Below, one piece after another: positions 41,634 through 53,965 of a DNA stretch of 64,000 nt. Below the pieces are notes generated by a model. That model was not told where the DNA came from. It worked only from the letters and a program-made list of their open reading frames with translations, and did no database searches. Both the position numbers and the translations under genes were made by a program. The DNA is from an uncultured cyanobacterium (GTDB lineage Bacteria; Cyanobacteriota; Cyanobacteriia; Cyanobacteriales; Cyanobacteriaceae), in the NCBI GenBank assembly GCA_963710605.1, contig CAVQBA010000007.1:480001-544000 (forward strand). The letters are read 5' to 3'. Within the stretch, counting starts at the first letter, position 1. Every line of letters starts with the position of its first letter.

Positions 41634-41960
41634 TTACATTTTAGCAAGAGAAGATATTTTAGCCAGTTTATTTTTGGTTAAACCATCTAAATCTTGTAAT
41701 GTAATTACGTTTTCTTTAATTAATTGAGAAAGCGTAAAAATAAGCATTGATTCTCTTGAATCGTACTTACCGTCAAGATCATAACGTTTACTACTTAAAA
41801 AATCATGTACTTGCCAAAGTTCTTCTATATTAGTTAAATTAGTAACTTTTTGACGAACATGATTAATAGTTAAACTCACATCTCGATCGTATGCTTGTGC
41901 TAAAATATTTTCGACAATTTGTTTTTCTTCTGTTGACCATCCAGTATCAATTAGTGACAT
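41634..41960 (-). CDS. frp: Fluorescence recovery protein
   Basis: WS..EK, LWQVHDFLSSKRYDLDGKYD; downstream of ocp. Confidence 0.92.
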   Translation of the reverse strand: MSLIDTGWSTEEKQIVENILAQAYDRDVSLTINHVRQKVTNLTNIEELWQVHDFLSSKRYDLDGKYDSRESMLIFTLSQLIKENVITLQDLDGLTKNKLAKISSLAKM

Positions 41961-42223
41961 TGTTAAGTTGAATTTAAAGTTTATTATTACAGTGATAAAT
42001 TAAAATTAATCTGCTTTATTATTATATCAATTTATCTATAGATTTGGTAGATGAAAATCAATATAAAAAGAGTTCCTCTAAAAAGAGAAACTCCTAAATA
42101 ATCAGTAAATATTTAATTGCTAATTTATTACTAAGGAATAAAAACTAACATATTAATCATCATTATTCTAGTATAAAAAAGCTAATTACAACAAGTATTT
42201 GTTTACTAATGTCTTCTTTTGAT

Positions 42224-43178
42224 TTAACGCATCAAATTTAATAATTCTTTAGGAGATGCTAATAAATCGATCGCTACAAAAAAGATTTTGCCATCAGGGT
42301 TAAGAAGGAAACGCCAAGCAATATTCATACCGACATTACCACCAAACCAAGGAGTTTGCACTTTACCTGTTACCTTAACTTGAGTGTACCCATCTTCAGT
42401 CGGTTCAACAACACCTCTTTCTGGAGAAAGTTTTAAATTTTGACATTCTTCATTAAAAAAGCGTAAAATAGCTTCTTTACCGACAAGAGGACGTTTGAAT
42501 GGTGGTTGAAGAGCTCCATCCTCAGCAAATAATTCGATTAACGCATTAAAATCGTTAGCATTCAAATTATCCATGTATTGATAGCACTGTTTGGTTACTA
42601 ACACCTTCAATAGAAACATTGCTTCGTTTAGACATTTCGGTAGGAGGATTAACAGGCTCAGTTACTGTTTTTTGCTCTTTACCTTTTTCGTAACCCATAT
42701 CAACTACCATATTACGTAACACAGTAATTTGTTGACCTTGTTCTAATCCTTCAATGGTTAATAAAACAGCATTAGCATTAGCAGAAAGTTGATAACCATC
42801 AGGAATAGGTGCTATCTTACCTTGATTCATATATTCCCCTAATTGATACCAAAAACCTAATTTTAGGTTAGGAGTCCAACTTGCATAAGTTCTGCTGATC
42901 GGAGTATCTTCACGGTTAGCTAAGTCACACATTGCTTGAGATTGCTCTACTGGCTTCATCTTTAACATCTCATTTAATGTATTTTCAGCTAAAACCATAC
43001 TAGTTGCACCCGGTGCGGCTACTGTGATTGTCTTACCCATTTCTAGATAAGCAAACCAAATTAAGGCTAATTGGTCTTCCGCATTAAGTTGCTCAAAACG
43101 AGCAATCGTTGCAGGCACTGCATCAGCTGATTGAGTTTGAGGAAAAATACCACGAGCTGATTCAATTGTAAAAGGCAT
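42224..43178 (-). CDS. ocp: Orange carotenoid protein (one-base frameshift near 42578, probably an assembly error)
   Basis: MPFTIESARGIFP N-terminal domain plus NTF2-like C-terminal domain ending LLASPKELLNL; removing one base at VLS|YMD restores a continuous ORF. Confidence 0.92.
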
Positions 43179-43226
43179 ATATTATTTTTTGTTAGATATA
43201 CTTTATGTGCTTATTGTAACATTAGC

Positions 43227-43244
43227 AATGTTAACAAATGTAAC
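43227..43244 (-). promoter_or_regulatory. HLR1-like (RpaB-binding) direct repeat upstream of ocp
   Basis: Minus strand GTTACATT-TG-TTAACATT, one mismatch to (G/T)TTACA(T/A)(T/A)-N2 repeat. Confidence 0.5.
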
Positions 43245-43451
43245 GAAAATTTACTTTTTATCCGTACTCATATATACGGAAAACCGTAATTGTATTGTTA
43301 ATATGGCTTTCTAATTAAAAGATTAAATAATTGTTTAATTTTTTACTTCGGACTTTTTCATAGATCGATCAATTAAGTAGCTCAACCTAAATAAAAGAAA
43401 GTTGTAGTATAAGTAACGCTAATGATAGGGCAATCATAATCAATTAGTTAA

Positions 43452-44762
43452 TTAATTATATTTTTTTTTAGCTAAAGCAAAAGGTAAACCTTGGCTTAAA
43501 GTTGTGACTCTGATGAGCATAAAAATAGTTAAGGCTAACCATAATAAATGATTATTTTTCAGATACCAAGCAATCATAGCAGGAGTTAAAAATCCACCGA
43601 TACTAGCAATTAAACTAGATTTTCTGAGTAATGCACCTTGAGTCAAACCGAGAAAATAACCATCAAGCATATAAGCGATACTACCAAATCCTAAAATAGG
43701 AAATAGCCACCAAACATAGTTGTTAATTTCGTCAATGATATTCTGATGATTAGTTAATAGACTAAAAATGAAGCTAGAAAATAAGATAAATACAGTAGCA
43801 AATATCAAACCAAAAATTAGACTTAATATACCGGCAATTTTTAATACGGTTACTAACTGCTTTTTGTTACCTTCTCCATAGCTAATTCCTGCCAAACTTT
43901 CAGTTGCAAAAGCTAAACCATCAATAAAATAAGCTGATAAAGTCACCGCTTGTAACAGTAAACTGTTGGTGGCTAAAATTGATGTACCTAAATCTGAACT
44001 TAAATTAGTAAATAAAGCAAAGGTAGAAATTAAGGCAAAGGTACGAATTAAAATATCTCGGTTTAACAAAAATAATTTAATAATAGCTTCAGGTTGCCAA
44101 ATACTATCTCTTAACTGAGAAAGTTGAGCAATTTTAATTACTCTCAAAACCAAAATTATGCCCACTAAAGCAGTTAAATATTGACTAATAGCGGTTGCAC
44201 TACCCGCACCACTACTTTGCCATCCCCAACGAACAATAAAAATATAATCAAGAATAACATTTGTGCCTTTGTTAAGCAGAGATAATAAAAGTACGTTTTC
44301 GCTTTTTTCTAATCCTAAAAACCAACCGATTAAAACAAAATTCAATAAAGTGGCAGGTGCACCCCAAATCAAACTGTTATAGTAGCTGATACCACTCGCT
44401 TTAACTTCGTCTGTCGCTCTGAGTAAGTAAAAACCAATTTCTCGCAAAGGGTATTGTAATATTAGAATTATTAAACCGATCGATAAAGCAATAATTGTGT
44501 TTCGTAATAAAATTTTTTTTATTTCTTGCTGATTATCTTTTCCCTTGGCTTGGGCAGTTGTACCAGTTGTACCCATTCTTAAAAAACCAAAAGTCCAATA
44601 AAGGTAATTAAATAAAACTGAAGCGATAGAAACACCTGCTAAATGACTAATATCGTCTAAATGACCAAGAAAAGCCATATCAACTAAACTAGCAAGAGGC
44701 ACCATCAGATTAGAAAGAATATTGACAATTGCTAAACGAAAAAAACGACGAGAAAAAGACAT
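43452..44762 (-). CDS. MATE-family efflux transporter (DinF-like)
   Basis: SNLMVPLASLVD, FGFLRMGTTG, DGLAFATESL; about 12 TM helices. Confidence 0.9.
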   Translation of the reverse strand: MSFSRRFFRLAIVNILSNLMVPLASLVDMAFLGHLDDISHLAGVSIASVLFNYLYWTFGFLRMGTTGTTAQAKGKDNQQEIKKILLRNTIIALSIGLIILILQYPLREIGFYLLRATDEVKASGISYYNSLIWGAPATLLNFVLIGWFLGLEKSENVLLLSLLNKGTNVILDYIFIVRWGWQSSGAGSATAISQYLTALVGIILVLRVIKIAQLSQLRDSIWQPEAIIKLFLLNRDILIRTFALISTFALFTNLSSDLGTSILATNSLLLQAVTLSAYFIDGLAFATESLAGISYGEGNKKQLVTVLKIAGILSLIFGLIFATVFILFSSFIFSLLTNHQNIIDEINNYVWWLFPILGFGSIAYMLDGYFLGLTQGALLRKSSLIASIGGFLTPAMIAWYLKNNHLLWLALTIFMLIRVTTLSQGLPFALAKKKYN

Positions 44763-45074
44763 AGTAGTTGAATGAAGTTGTAATTGCGTAGTTGTATAGT
44801 TGTAGAGTTGATAGTTTATAATTTACAACGTGTCCGAAAACATTTATTTTTTCAAATTGATAATTTCGCTTTATAGTTATTAAGATAGTTATAGCATTTA
44901 AGGATTAAACATAGCGTTTAGGATAGAGCCTTTATTGAGATAGATACATTGTAACGAATTCGAAGCGATCATTTGAAAGCTTGTTTACCCAAAAAAAAAT
45001 GCTCATCCGCTACAATTAAGAGCAAATGAACAGTTTTTATTTATTTAGCTTAAAAAATAGAGAAAGTTAATAAC

Positions 45075-45425
45075 TTAAGAATTGACTGCTAATTCAACAA
45101 CTTTTTGGAATGCTTCCGCATCTTGAATTGCTAGTTGAGCGAGTACTTTACGATTTAAATTTATATTAGCTTTGTCTAATTTATTAATTAATTGACTATA
45201 ACTAATACCCTGCATTCTAGCGGCGGCATTAATACGGGTAATCCATAAACGACGAAAGTCTCTTTTTTTCTTACGACGATCACGATAAGCATTACGTAAT
45301 GCTTTCATTACTTGTTGGTTAGCCGTACGGAACAACTTAGAATGTGAACCACGGAAACCTTTAGCTAGTTTAAGAATTTTTTTACGTCTTTTGCGGGCGA
45401 CGTTACCTCTTTTTACTCTAGTCAT
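45075..45425 (-). CDS. rplT: 50S ribosomal protein L20
   Basis: [26 protein letters not shown]. Confidence 0.98.
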   Translation of the reverse strand: MTRVKRGNVARKRRKKILKLAKGFRGSHSKLFRTANQQVMKALRNAYRDRRKKKRDFRRLWITRINAAARMQGISYSQLINKLDKANINLNRKVLAQLAIQDAEAFQKVVELAVNS

Positions 45426-45486
45426 TTGATTAAAAAATATAAATGGTTATGGAGATAATTAAAACCGAAGTAGTAAGTTTTTTTAT

Positions 45487-45690
45487 TTAGCAATAAGGCA
45501 ACATTAAACGTACTTCTTTTTCATCAGATTCGTGTACTAAAGCTAAGTTACTTAAACGACGACGTCTTTGCTGTTTGCTTTTATGTTCTAATAAATGGTT
45601 TTTATTCGCTTTACGACGAACAATTTTTTTTCCACTTCCTGTAACACGAAAACGTTTAGCGGCAGATTTTTTGGTTTTTACTTTAGGCAT
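45487..45690 (-). CDS. rpmI: 50S ribosomal protein L35
   Basis: [14 protein letters not shown]...HLLEHK; start set at the MPK Met. Confidence 0.95.
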   Translation of the reverse strand: MPKVKTKKSAAKRFRVTGSGKKIVRRKANKNHLLEHKSKQQRRRRLSNLALVHESDEKEVRLMLPYC

Positions 45691-45796
45691 AATAAATGAA
45701 AATTTTGACACAATTTACTATTATATAACGTTTCTCATCGGTTATGAGTTACATTAATTGACTCGATCGATACTCTAGGTGCGATTAATAGTTAAT

Positions 45797-46114
45797 TTAC
45801 AGTTTGACTTCAATATCAACACCTGCGGGTAAATCTAATTTCATCAAAGCATCGATCGTTTTTGACGAAGGCTTGTAAATATCAATGACACGACGATGGG
45901 TACGAGTCTCAAAATGCTCTCGTGCATCCTTATCTACGTGGGGAGATGTTAAAACACAATATATTTTACGCTTAGTGGGTAAAGGAATCGGCCCCACTGG
46001 TTGAGCATTAGTACGATTAGCGGTTTCAACTATTTTAGTACAGGAAGTATCGAGTAAGCGACGATCGTATGCTTTGAGACGAATACGGATTTTTTGTTGT
46101 TCTACTGCAGCCAT
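45797..46114 (-). CDS. rpsJ: 30S ribosomal protein S10
   Basis: [10 protein letters not shown]...GPIPLPT...[13 protein letters not shown]. Confidence 0.98.
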   Translation of the reverse strand: MAAVEQQKIRIRLKAYDRRLLDTSCTKIVETANRTNAQPVGPIPLPTKRKIYCVLTSPHVDKDAREHFETRTHRRVIDIYKPSSKTIDALMKLDLPAGVDIEVKL

Positions 46115-46234
46115 AATATTTTACTTTTCTAATTTTCAAGGTACGGTTAATTGTTAATCGAGAGTTTCAAGACAGAAAAATAAGACGTACAAAGAACTTT
46201 GTCTTATGCACGCCTTAAATGTTATTAAATTGTT

Positions 46235-47464
46235 CTAGGCTAAAATTTTAGCTACAGCACCCGCTCCGATGGTACGTCCACCTTCACGAATAGCAAAACG
46301 CATTCCTTGTTCGATCGCAACAGGAGCAATTAATTCTACTGTCATTTTAATACGATCGCCGGGCATTACCATTTCTGCTGTACTTCCGTCATCGGCGGTA
46401 AAGTCATTGATACTTCCAGTTACGTCGGTTGTACGAACATAAAACTGAGGACGGTATCCGGGGAAGAAAGGAGTATGACGACCACCTTCTTCTTTTTTGA
46501 GTACGTAAACTTCGGCTTCAAATTTGGTGTGAGGAGTAATAGAACCCGGTTTAGCTAAAACCATACCACGTTCAATTTGTTCTTTTTGTACACCACGTAA
46601 GAGTACACCAACGTTGTCTCCTGCCATACCTTCATCTAATGTTTTTTGGAACATTTCAACACCAGTTACAGTTGTGCTACGAGTGTCTTTGATACCGATA
46701 ATTTCGATGGTTTCACCGACTTTGACGATACCACGTTCGATACGACCAGTTGCCACTGTACCACGACCACTGATAGAGAAAACATCTTCTACTGCCATCA
46801 AGAAAGGCTTGTCAACTTCACGCTCTGGAGTAGGAATATAGTTATCAACTTCATCCATTAAAGTCCAAATTTTGTCAGTCCACTCATTACTACCTTTTTG
46901 AGTGTTACCATCGCTAGTCATTTGTTCTACTGCTCTTAAAGCTGAACCAATAACGATGGGAATATTGTCACCATCAAAATCATATTCAGTTAAAAGTTCA
47001 CGAACTTCTAATTCAACTAATTCTAATAATTCTTCATCATCAACTTGGTCTTCTTTGTTAAGAAAAACAACTAAGTTAGGTACACCAACTTGTTTAGCCA
47101 AGAGAATATGTTCACGAGTCTGAGGCATAGGGCCATCAGCGGCGGATACAACTAAGATTGCTCCATCCATTTGAGCCGCACCAGTAATCATGTTTTTAAC
47201 ATAATCAGCGTGTCCTGGACAGTCAACGTGAGCGTAGTGACGATCGGGTGTTTCGTATTCTACGTGAGCTGTATTAATAGTAATACCACGTTCTTTTTCT
47301 TCAGGGGCTGCATCAATCTCATCATACTTACGAGCTTTAGCTTGTCCTGCCGCAGATAAAGTTAAAGTGATAGCTGCTGTTAATGTTGTTTTACCGTGGT
47401 CAACGTGACCGATAGTACCGATATTGACGTGAGGTTTATTTCTTTCAAATTTTGCGCGTGCCAT
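46235..47464 (-). CDS. tuf: Elongation factor Tu
   Basis: [24 protein letters not shown]. Confidence 0.99.
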   Translation of the reverse strand: MARAKFERNKPHVNIGTIGHVDHGKTTLTAAITLTLSAAGQAKARKYDEIDAAPEEKERGITINTAHVEYETPDRHYAHVDCPGHADYVKNMITGAAQMDGAILVVSAADGPMPQTREHILLAKQVGVPNLVVFLNKEDQVDDEELLELVELEVRELLTEYDFDGDNIPIVIGSALRAVEQMTSDGNTQKGSNEWTDKIWTLMDEVDNYIPTPEREVDKPFLMAVEDVFSISGRGTVATGRIERGIVKVGETIEIIGIKDTRSTTVTGVEMFQKTLDEGMAGDNVGVLLRGVQKEQIERGMVLAKPGSITPHTKFEAEVYVLKKEEGGRHTPFFPGYRPQFYVRTTDVTGSINDFTADDGSTAEMVMPGDRIKMTVELIAPVAIEQGMRFAIREGGRTIGAGAVAKILA

Positions 47465-47500
47465 TGTTGTTGTCTTTTCCTTTTTGTTTAGTTAATAAAT

Positions 47501-49575
47501 TTATAGAATTCCTCTATTTTTTGCAATAATGCCATTAGCAACATTGCGGGGTACTTCAGCATATTCGCTGAATTCCATGCTAAATATACCACGTCCTTGT
47601 GTTTTAGAACGAATGTCTGTGGCATATCCAAACATGGCTTCTAAGGGAACGTTAGCGGTAATTTTAGCTAAACCATCTTCTGTATTCATTCCTTCAATTG
47701 TACCTCGACGAGAGTTAAGATCACCTATAACATCCCCTAAGAAATTATCAGGAACTTCAACTTCAACTTTCATCATTGGTTCTAATAATACAGGATCGGC
47801 TTTTTGGGCACCATCTTGAACTGCGATCGAACCAGCGATTTTAAATGCCATCTCAGAAGAGTCCGTATCGTGATAAGAACCATTAATTAGTGTAACACGA
47901 ACATCAATTAGAGGATAACCAGCGACGATGCCAGAACCACAAGATTCTTCAATACCTTGTTCGATTGCACTAATAAATTCATTGGGAATTACACCCCCAA
48001 CTATTTTATTAGTAAAACTAAATCCTTTTCCTTCTTCTGCTGGTTCTAGTTCAATTACCACATGACCATATTGACCTTTTCCACCGCTTTGACGGATAAA
48101 TTTTCCTTCGGCGGTAACTTTTTTACGGATGGTTTCTCGGTAAGCTACTTGTGGTTGTCCCACGTTTGCTTCTACCTTGTATTCTCTCAACATTCTATCA
48201 ACTAAAATTTCTAAATGTAGTTCACCCATTCCCGCAATCATTGTTTGATTGGTTTCTGGATTAATACTGATTTGGAATGTTGGATCTTCATCTGATAAAA
48301 ATTTGAGTGCTTTACCCAGTTTGTCCATATCTTGTGTTGTTTTTGGTTCAACGGCGACGGAGATAACTGGTTCAGGAATAAATAAAGATTCTAAGAGAAT
48401 AGGGTTGTCTTCATCACATAATGTATCACCTGTTATGGTATTTTTTAAGCCGATAATTGCTCCTAAATCTCCAGATCGTAATTCATCAACCTCTATTCTG
48501 TCATTAGCTTTAAGAATAATTAAGCGAGAAATACGTTCTTTTTTTTGTTTAGTGGCATTATAGACATAATTACCTTTTACCAATACGCCTGAATAGACTC
48601 GCACAAAGGCTAAACGTCCAAAAGGGTCAGATGCTATCTTGAAAGCTAGAGCCGAAAAAGATTCTTCATCATCAGATTTACGTGTTCCTTCTTCACCATC
48701 AGGTAATATCCCTTTGATGGGCGGAACTTCTGTCGGTGCTGGTAGATAATCGACCACACCATCAAGTAATAGTTGTACTCCTTTGTTTTTAAATGCTGAA
48801 CCACAAAACATAGGTACTAACTTGCCTGAGATTGTTCCTTGACGGATAGCAGTTTTGATTTCTGCTTCAGTGATTTGGGTTTCTGATAAATATTTTTCCA
48901 GTAGGTTTTCGTCTAATTCAGCGATCGTTTCAACTAAGTAAGCTTTATATTCGTCAGCTAAATCTTGAACTTGTTTAGGAATATCAGTAATTGTGATCTT
49001 TTCCCCTAAATCATCTTCATAGATATGAGCTTTCATGGTTACTAAATCCACAATACCGCTAAAATCTTCTTCGTTACCTATAGGGATTTGTACCGCAATT
49101 GCTGGAGCTTTCAACTGCTTTTTTACTTGGTTATAAACTTTAAAAAAGTTGGCCCTGTACGATCCATTTTATTCACAAAGGCAATTCTAGGCACGTGATA
49201 ACGATCGGCTTGTCGCCAAACTGTTTCCGATTGAGGTTGTACTCCACCTACAGAACAAAATACCGCTATGACTCCGTCAAGTACTCGCATAGAGCGTTCG
49301 ACCTCGATCGTAAAATCGACGTGTCCGGGAGTATCAATTATATTAATATGATGCTCTTTCCAATCGGTACTGATGGCGGCAGCGGTAATTGTAATACCTC
49401 TTTCCTTTTCTATGTCCATCCAATCCGTGATGGCATTACCATCATGAACTTCCCCGATTTTGTGAACAATACCAGAGTAATATAATATTCTTTCTGTTGT
49501 TGTGGTTTTACCCGCATCTATATGAGCCGCAATTCCTATATTACGTACTTTTTCTAGCGGAATCGAACGTGCCAC
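47501..49575 (-). CDS. fusA: Elongation factor G (one-base frameshift at 49153-49155, probably an assembly error)
   Basis: [22 protein letters not shown]; adding one G restores [21 protein letters not shown] and joins the two ORFs. Confidence 0.95.
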
Positions 49576-49707
49576 AGTTTCCTCCTTTGATTTAAAACAG
49601 ATTTAGACGCTGTTTAAGTTTACACTTTTTGTTACAAAATTTACTATTATTTGTCAGTAAATAATGTTGAATACTTTTTTTAAAGATTATTCAGTCGAAA
49701 AAAAATC

Positions 49708-50178
49708 TTAGTAACGATAGTGAGCAAAGGCTTTATTTGCTTCTGCCATTCTATGAGTTTCTTCTCTTTTCTTGATTGCACTACCTGTTTCATTAGCCGC
49801 ATCCATAATTTCATTAGCTAATTTAATCGCCATGGTTTTACCACCTCTTTCACGAGAAAATCTAGCTAACCAACGTAATGCTAAGCTAGTACCACGGGAA
49901 GAACGAACTTCCATAGGAACTTGATAAGTAGCACCACCGACTCTTCTTGCTTTAACTTCTACTAATGGTGTTAGGTTTTTAATTGCTTTTTCGAATGTTT
50001 CCATCGGTTCAGCACTTGTTCTTTCACCAATAATGCTCATCGCATCATAAAATATTCTAGCCGCTAGAGATTTTTTACCATCCTTCATAATTCTACGGAT
50101 GGTCATATTTACCAACCTACTATTATAGACTGGATCTGGTGGAACTTCTACTGTTTTTGCTTTACTTCTACGAGACAT
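49708..50178 (-). CDS. rpsG: 30S ribosomal protein S7
   Basis: [25 protein letters not shown]. Confidence 0.98.
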   Translation of the reverse strand: MSRRSKAKTVEVPPDPVYNSRLVNMTIRRIMKDGKKSLAARIFYDAMSIIGERTSAEPMETFEKAIKNLTPLVEVKARRVGGATYQVPMEVRSSRGTSLALRWLARFSRERGGKTMAIKLANEIMDAANETGSAIKKREETHRMAEANKAFAHYRY

Positions 50179-50233
50179 TTTATATTCTTAAATTTACTAG
50201 TTTGTTTAGTTACTTATTACGGTAAAAAGAAGA

Positions 50234-50608
50234 TTATTCCTTAGGACGTTTTGCTCCGTATTTAGAGCGACTTTGTCTTCTATCTTTTACACCAGTTGCA
50301 TCAAGAGTACCTCTAACAATGTGATATCTAACACCCGGTAAATCTTTGACTCTTCCACCTCTAATTAACACTACAGAGTGTTCTTGAAGGTTATGCCCGA
50401 TTCCAGGAATATAAGCTGTAACTTCAAAACCTGAAGTTAAACGTACCCTAGCGACTTTTCTTAAAGCGGAGTTAGGTTTTTTTGGAGTTGTGGTATAAAC
50501 TCTTGTACAAACTCCACGACGCTGAGGACATTCCTTCAGTGCTGGTGATTTAGTTTTCTTCTGAATAGAGGAACGTTCATTCCTAATTAATTGCTGAATT
50601 GTTGGCAT
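50234..50608 (-). CDS. rpsL: 30S ribosomal protein S12
   Basis: [22 protein letters not shown]. Confidence 0.99.
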   Translation of the reverse strand: MPTIQQLIRNERSSIQKKTKSPALKECPQRRGVCTRVYTTTPKKPNSALRKVARVRLTSGFEVTAYIPGIGHNLQEHSVVLIRGGRVKDLPGVRYHIVRGTLDATGVKDRRQSRSKYGAKRPKE

Positions 50609-51548
50609 GAGATATATTTCTTACTACAGCCTTTATTTTGTATGTATATATAAATATAGATCGTCCCCAGTATGATTAACCAGTGACGATCTATAATCGT
50701 ATCCTATTTTTTTAGGTATTGTCAACAATTTATTTGGGCTTTTTCTTGAAGTCAAAATTGTCTTACTTCTGATTAAGATTAAGTTAAGATTTTTTTAAAG
50801 TAGCTTATACAAATATTGGTAAAGAAACCTTTTACAATACCGAAAAAGAGCAACTAGCCCAATTGAAGGCACTACATACTGATTGAGTTTTAACAAATCG
50901 TCGTTATTACTCTTTGAGTTGAACTTCCCCATTAAAAAATCGTTTTCTGTTATATCAATTACCATTCATCTGTTTTGTTAAACTTTAGTATTGATAACTT
51001 TCAAAGACTTCTTTTGATGGTTTCAAAATCGATCGTTTGTAACTGTATTGATTTGATTGAAATTGCCGACACATTAGAAAAATAAATATATCGATCGAAC
51101 TATCTCAAGTTTTTGACTAGTTTGAAGATTTGAGATAAGCAATTATACTCGATAGATTAAGATTTGTGGTGATATATTGGAAAAATATTTTTGTTTTTAA
51201 TTACGTAATATAAGTAATCTTAATGATTAAAATCAAGAAAAAGTCTTGTATTTAACAAAAAACGATCGTGAAAACTTACGTGATTAAAAATAGTTTTCAA
51301 CACCAGCCGACAAAAAAGCGTAATATTACACCGATCGTGGCGATAAAGTCAAGAAAATTAGATTAGTTAAATTAATCAAAATCAGAAATAATAATAATAA
51401 CAAATACATAAGAAAATGGTATAGAAAATGATCCTGTTCGTGATAAGATTGTTTCACGAAAAGCAAAATGCTAAAAATAAACTTCCGTTAAAGAAGTTGT
51501 TATAGATAAAGCTATAAAGAAAAATTATATATTTGGAGGAAACGACAT

Positions 51549-52965
51549 ATGGTAGCTGGATCCAAAGCTGGATTTAAGGCTGGTGTACAGGATTATCGTT
51601 TAACCTATTACACCCCCGATTACACACCTAAAGATACCGATTTACTCGCTTGTTTTAGAATGACTCCTCAAGCAGGTGTTCCCCCTGAAGAATGTGCGGC
51701 GGCTGTTGCGGCTGAGTCTTCTACAGGTACATGGACAACTGTATGGACTGATGGTTTAACCGACTTAGATCGTTACAAAGGTCGTTGTTACAATGTTGAA
51801 TCTGTACCTAACGAAGATAATCAATATTTTGTATTCGTTGCTTATCCTTTAGATTTATTTGAAGAAGGTTCAATCACCAACGTTTTAACTTCATTAGTTG
51901 GTAACGTATTCGGTTTTAAAGCTCTACGTGCATTACGTCTAGAAGATATTCGTTTCCCTGTTGCTTTAATCAAAACTTATCAAGGTTCCTCCTCACGGTA
52001 TTAACGTTGAGCGTGACTTACTAAACAAATACGGTCGTCCTCTATTAGGTTGTACCATTAAGCCTAAATTAGGTTTATCCGCTAAAAACTACGGACGTGC
52101 AGTTTATGAGTGTCTTCGTGGTGGTTTAGATTTCACCAAAGATGATGAAAACATTAACTCTCAACCATTCATGCGTTGGCGCGATCGTTTCTTGTTTGTT
52201 CAAGAAGCAATCGAAAAATCACAAGCTGAAACCAACGAAATGAAAGGTCACTACTTAAACGTGACTGCTGGTACTTGTGAAGAAATGATTAAACGTGCTG
52301 AATTCGCTAAAGAAATCGGTACACCTATCATTATGCACGATTTCTTTACTGGTGGTTTTACTGCTAACACTACCTTGGCTAAATGGTGTCGTGATAATGG
52401 TTTATTATTACACATTCACCGTGCGATGCACGCTGTAGTCGATCGTCAAAAAAATCATGGTATTCACTTCCGTGTACTAGCTAAATGTTTACGTTTATCT
52501 GGTGGTGATCACTTACACAGTGGTACTGTTGTAGGTAAATTAGAAGGTGACCGTGCGGTAACCTTAGGTTTCGTTGACTTAATGCGTGAAGATTACGTTG
52601 AAGAAGATCGCTCACGTGGTGTATTCTTCACACAAGATTACGCTTCACTACCTGGTGTAATGCCTGTTGCTTCTGGTGGTATCCACGTATGGCACATGCC
52701 TGCATTGGTTGAAATCTTTGGTGATGATTCTTGTTTACAATTCGGTGGTGGTACTTTAGGTCACCCTTGGGGTAACGCACCTGGTGCAACCGCTAACCGT
52801 GTAGCTTTAGAAGCTTGTGTACAAGCTCGTAATGAAGGTCGTTCTCTTGCCCGTGAAGGTAATGATGTACTTCGTGAAGCTTGTCGCTGGAGTCCTGAAT
52901 TAGCCGCGGCTTGTGAACTTTGGAAAGAAATCAAATTTGAATTCGATACCGTTGACACTTTATAA
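51549..52965 (+). CDS. rbcL: RuBisCO large subunit, form IB (extra T near 51987, probably an assembly error)
   Basis: AAESSTGTW, then after removing one T: QGPPHG...[10 protein letters not shown]...[20 protein letters not shown]. Confidence 0.97.
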
Positions 52966-53116
52966 GTTTTAGTTAGATTAATCAGCGATTCAGTCGTCAC
53001 AAAAAAATAAAATGTTCACCAATGTTACAGAATTTCTGGTTATAACGAGAATAATGAAAACATTGGTATAACAAAATTTGCGATAACTGAAAGCTGATTA
53101 TAGCTAATTGAAATAT

Positions 53117-53536
53117 ATGTCTTATAAACAAGTTGTTCAAGATACGGCAAAAGTTCTGCAAAGTTATCTAACTTATCAAGCAGTGATGGTTATTATTCAA
53201 CAACTCTCGGAAACTAATCCCCGTCAAGGTATTTGGCTTTCTGATTATAGCAATCGTCAAAAAGTTCAAGATAGTGATAATTATTTAGAGCAGTTGATTA
53301 CCGAAAATAAAGAGTTGGCATTAAGAATCCTTACTGTGAGAAAGGATTTAGCTGAGCAAGTATTAGAGTTTTTACCAGAAATGGTCAATAGCAATATTAG
53401 CCAATCTAATATGGAACATCGTCGTCGTCTTTTAGAACTGTTAACTCAAACCAAATCTTCTTCATTTACTTCATCAGATACAGATGAAGTCGATAAAGAA
53501 TCACAATCTAATCAATCAGAAAACAAGGAAGAATAA
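53117..53536 (+). CDS. rbcX: RuBisCO chaperone RbcX
   Basis: TAKVLQSYLTYQAV...QLSETNP; between rbcL and rbcS. Confidence 0.95.
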   Translation: MSYKQVVQDTAKVLQSYLTYQAVMVIIQQLSETNPRQGIWLSDYSNRQKVQDSDNYLEQLITENKELALRILTVRKDLAEQVLEFLPEMVNSNISQSNMEHRRRLLELLTQTKSSSFTSSDTDEVDKESQSNQSENKEE

Positions 53537-53539
53537 CAA

Positions 53540-53875
53540 ATGCAAACATTACCAAAAGAGCGTCGTTACGAAACTCTATCTTATTTACCACCTTTAACAG
53601 ATCAACAAATCGTTAAGCAAATTGCTTACATGATTGACCAAGGATTTATTCCTGCTGTAGAATTTGAAAAAGATCCTTTACCTAACGATCACCACTGGAC
53701 TCTTTGGAAATTACCTTTATTTAGTGTAAGTTCTCCTCAAGAAGTTTTAAATGAAGTTCGTGAATGTAAAAGTCAATATGCTGATTGTTACATCAGACTT
53801 ATTGGTTTTGACAACATCAGACAGTGTCAAACTATGAGTTTCATCGTTCATAAACCTAACAGCACTCGCTTCTAA
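53540..53875 (+). CDS. rbcS: RuBisCO small subunit
   Basis: [28 protein letters not shown]. Confidence 0.98.
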   Translation: MQTLPKERRYETLSYLPPLTDQQIVKQIAYMIDQGFIPAVEFEKDPLPNDHHWTLWKLPLFSVSSPQEVLNEVRECKSQYADCYIRLIGFDNIRQCQTMSFIVHKPNSTRF

Positions 53876-53910
53876 GTTTAAGTTCGATACTTAAAAATAA
53901 TCTATATTTT

Positions 53911-53956
53911 AATAGGGTAGGCTCGGTTAAACGATCGGGTTTATCCTATTTTTTTG
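53911..53956 (+). terminator. Rho-independent terminator after rbcS
   Basis: AATAGGGTAGGCTCG...CGGGTTTATCCTATT followed by a T-tract. Confidence 0.65.
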
Positions 53957-53965
53957 TATTATTTA

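Noticed and set aside
42224-43178. OCP apparently split into separate N-terminal (HCP-like) and C-terminal (CTDH-like) genes
   Set aside because: A single extra base near 42578 explains it. The linker and downstream frp are those of a normal OCP, and similar one-base indels hit essential rbcL and fusA, pointing to assembly error. Raw reads would settle it.
46614-49485. Antisense ORFs over tuf and fusA (also over ubiD, nadB, ppc, ctp, clpP)
   Set aside because: Short shadows of conserved genes with no protein features. Unlike the 18.6-19.2 kb case they do not extend into a recognisable domain.
47501-49575. fusA split in two
   Set aside because: One G missing from a short homopolymer at 49153-49155; typical long-read error.
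51549-52965. rbcL as a pseudogene or programmed frameshift
   Set aside because: One extra T (GGTTCCTCCT versus GGTCCTCCT) in an essential, otherwise fully conserved gene with no slippery site or other decay; most likely a sequencing indel.
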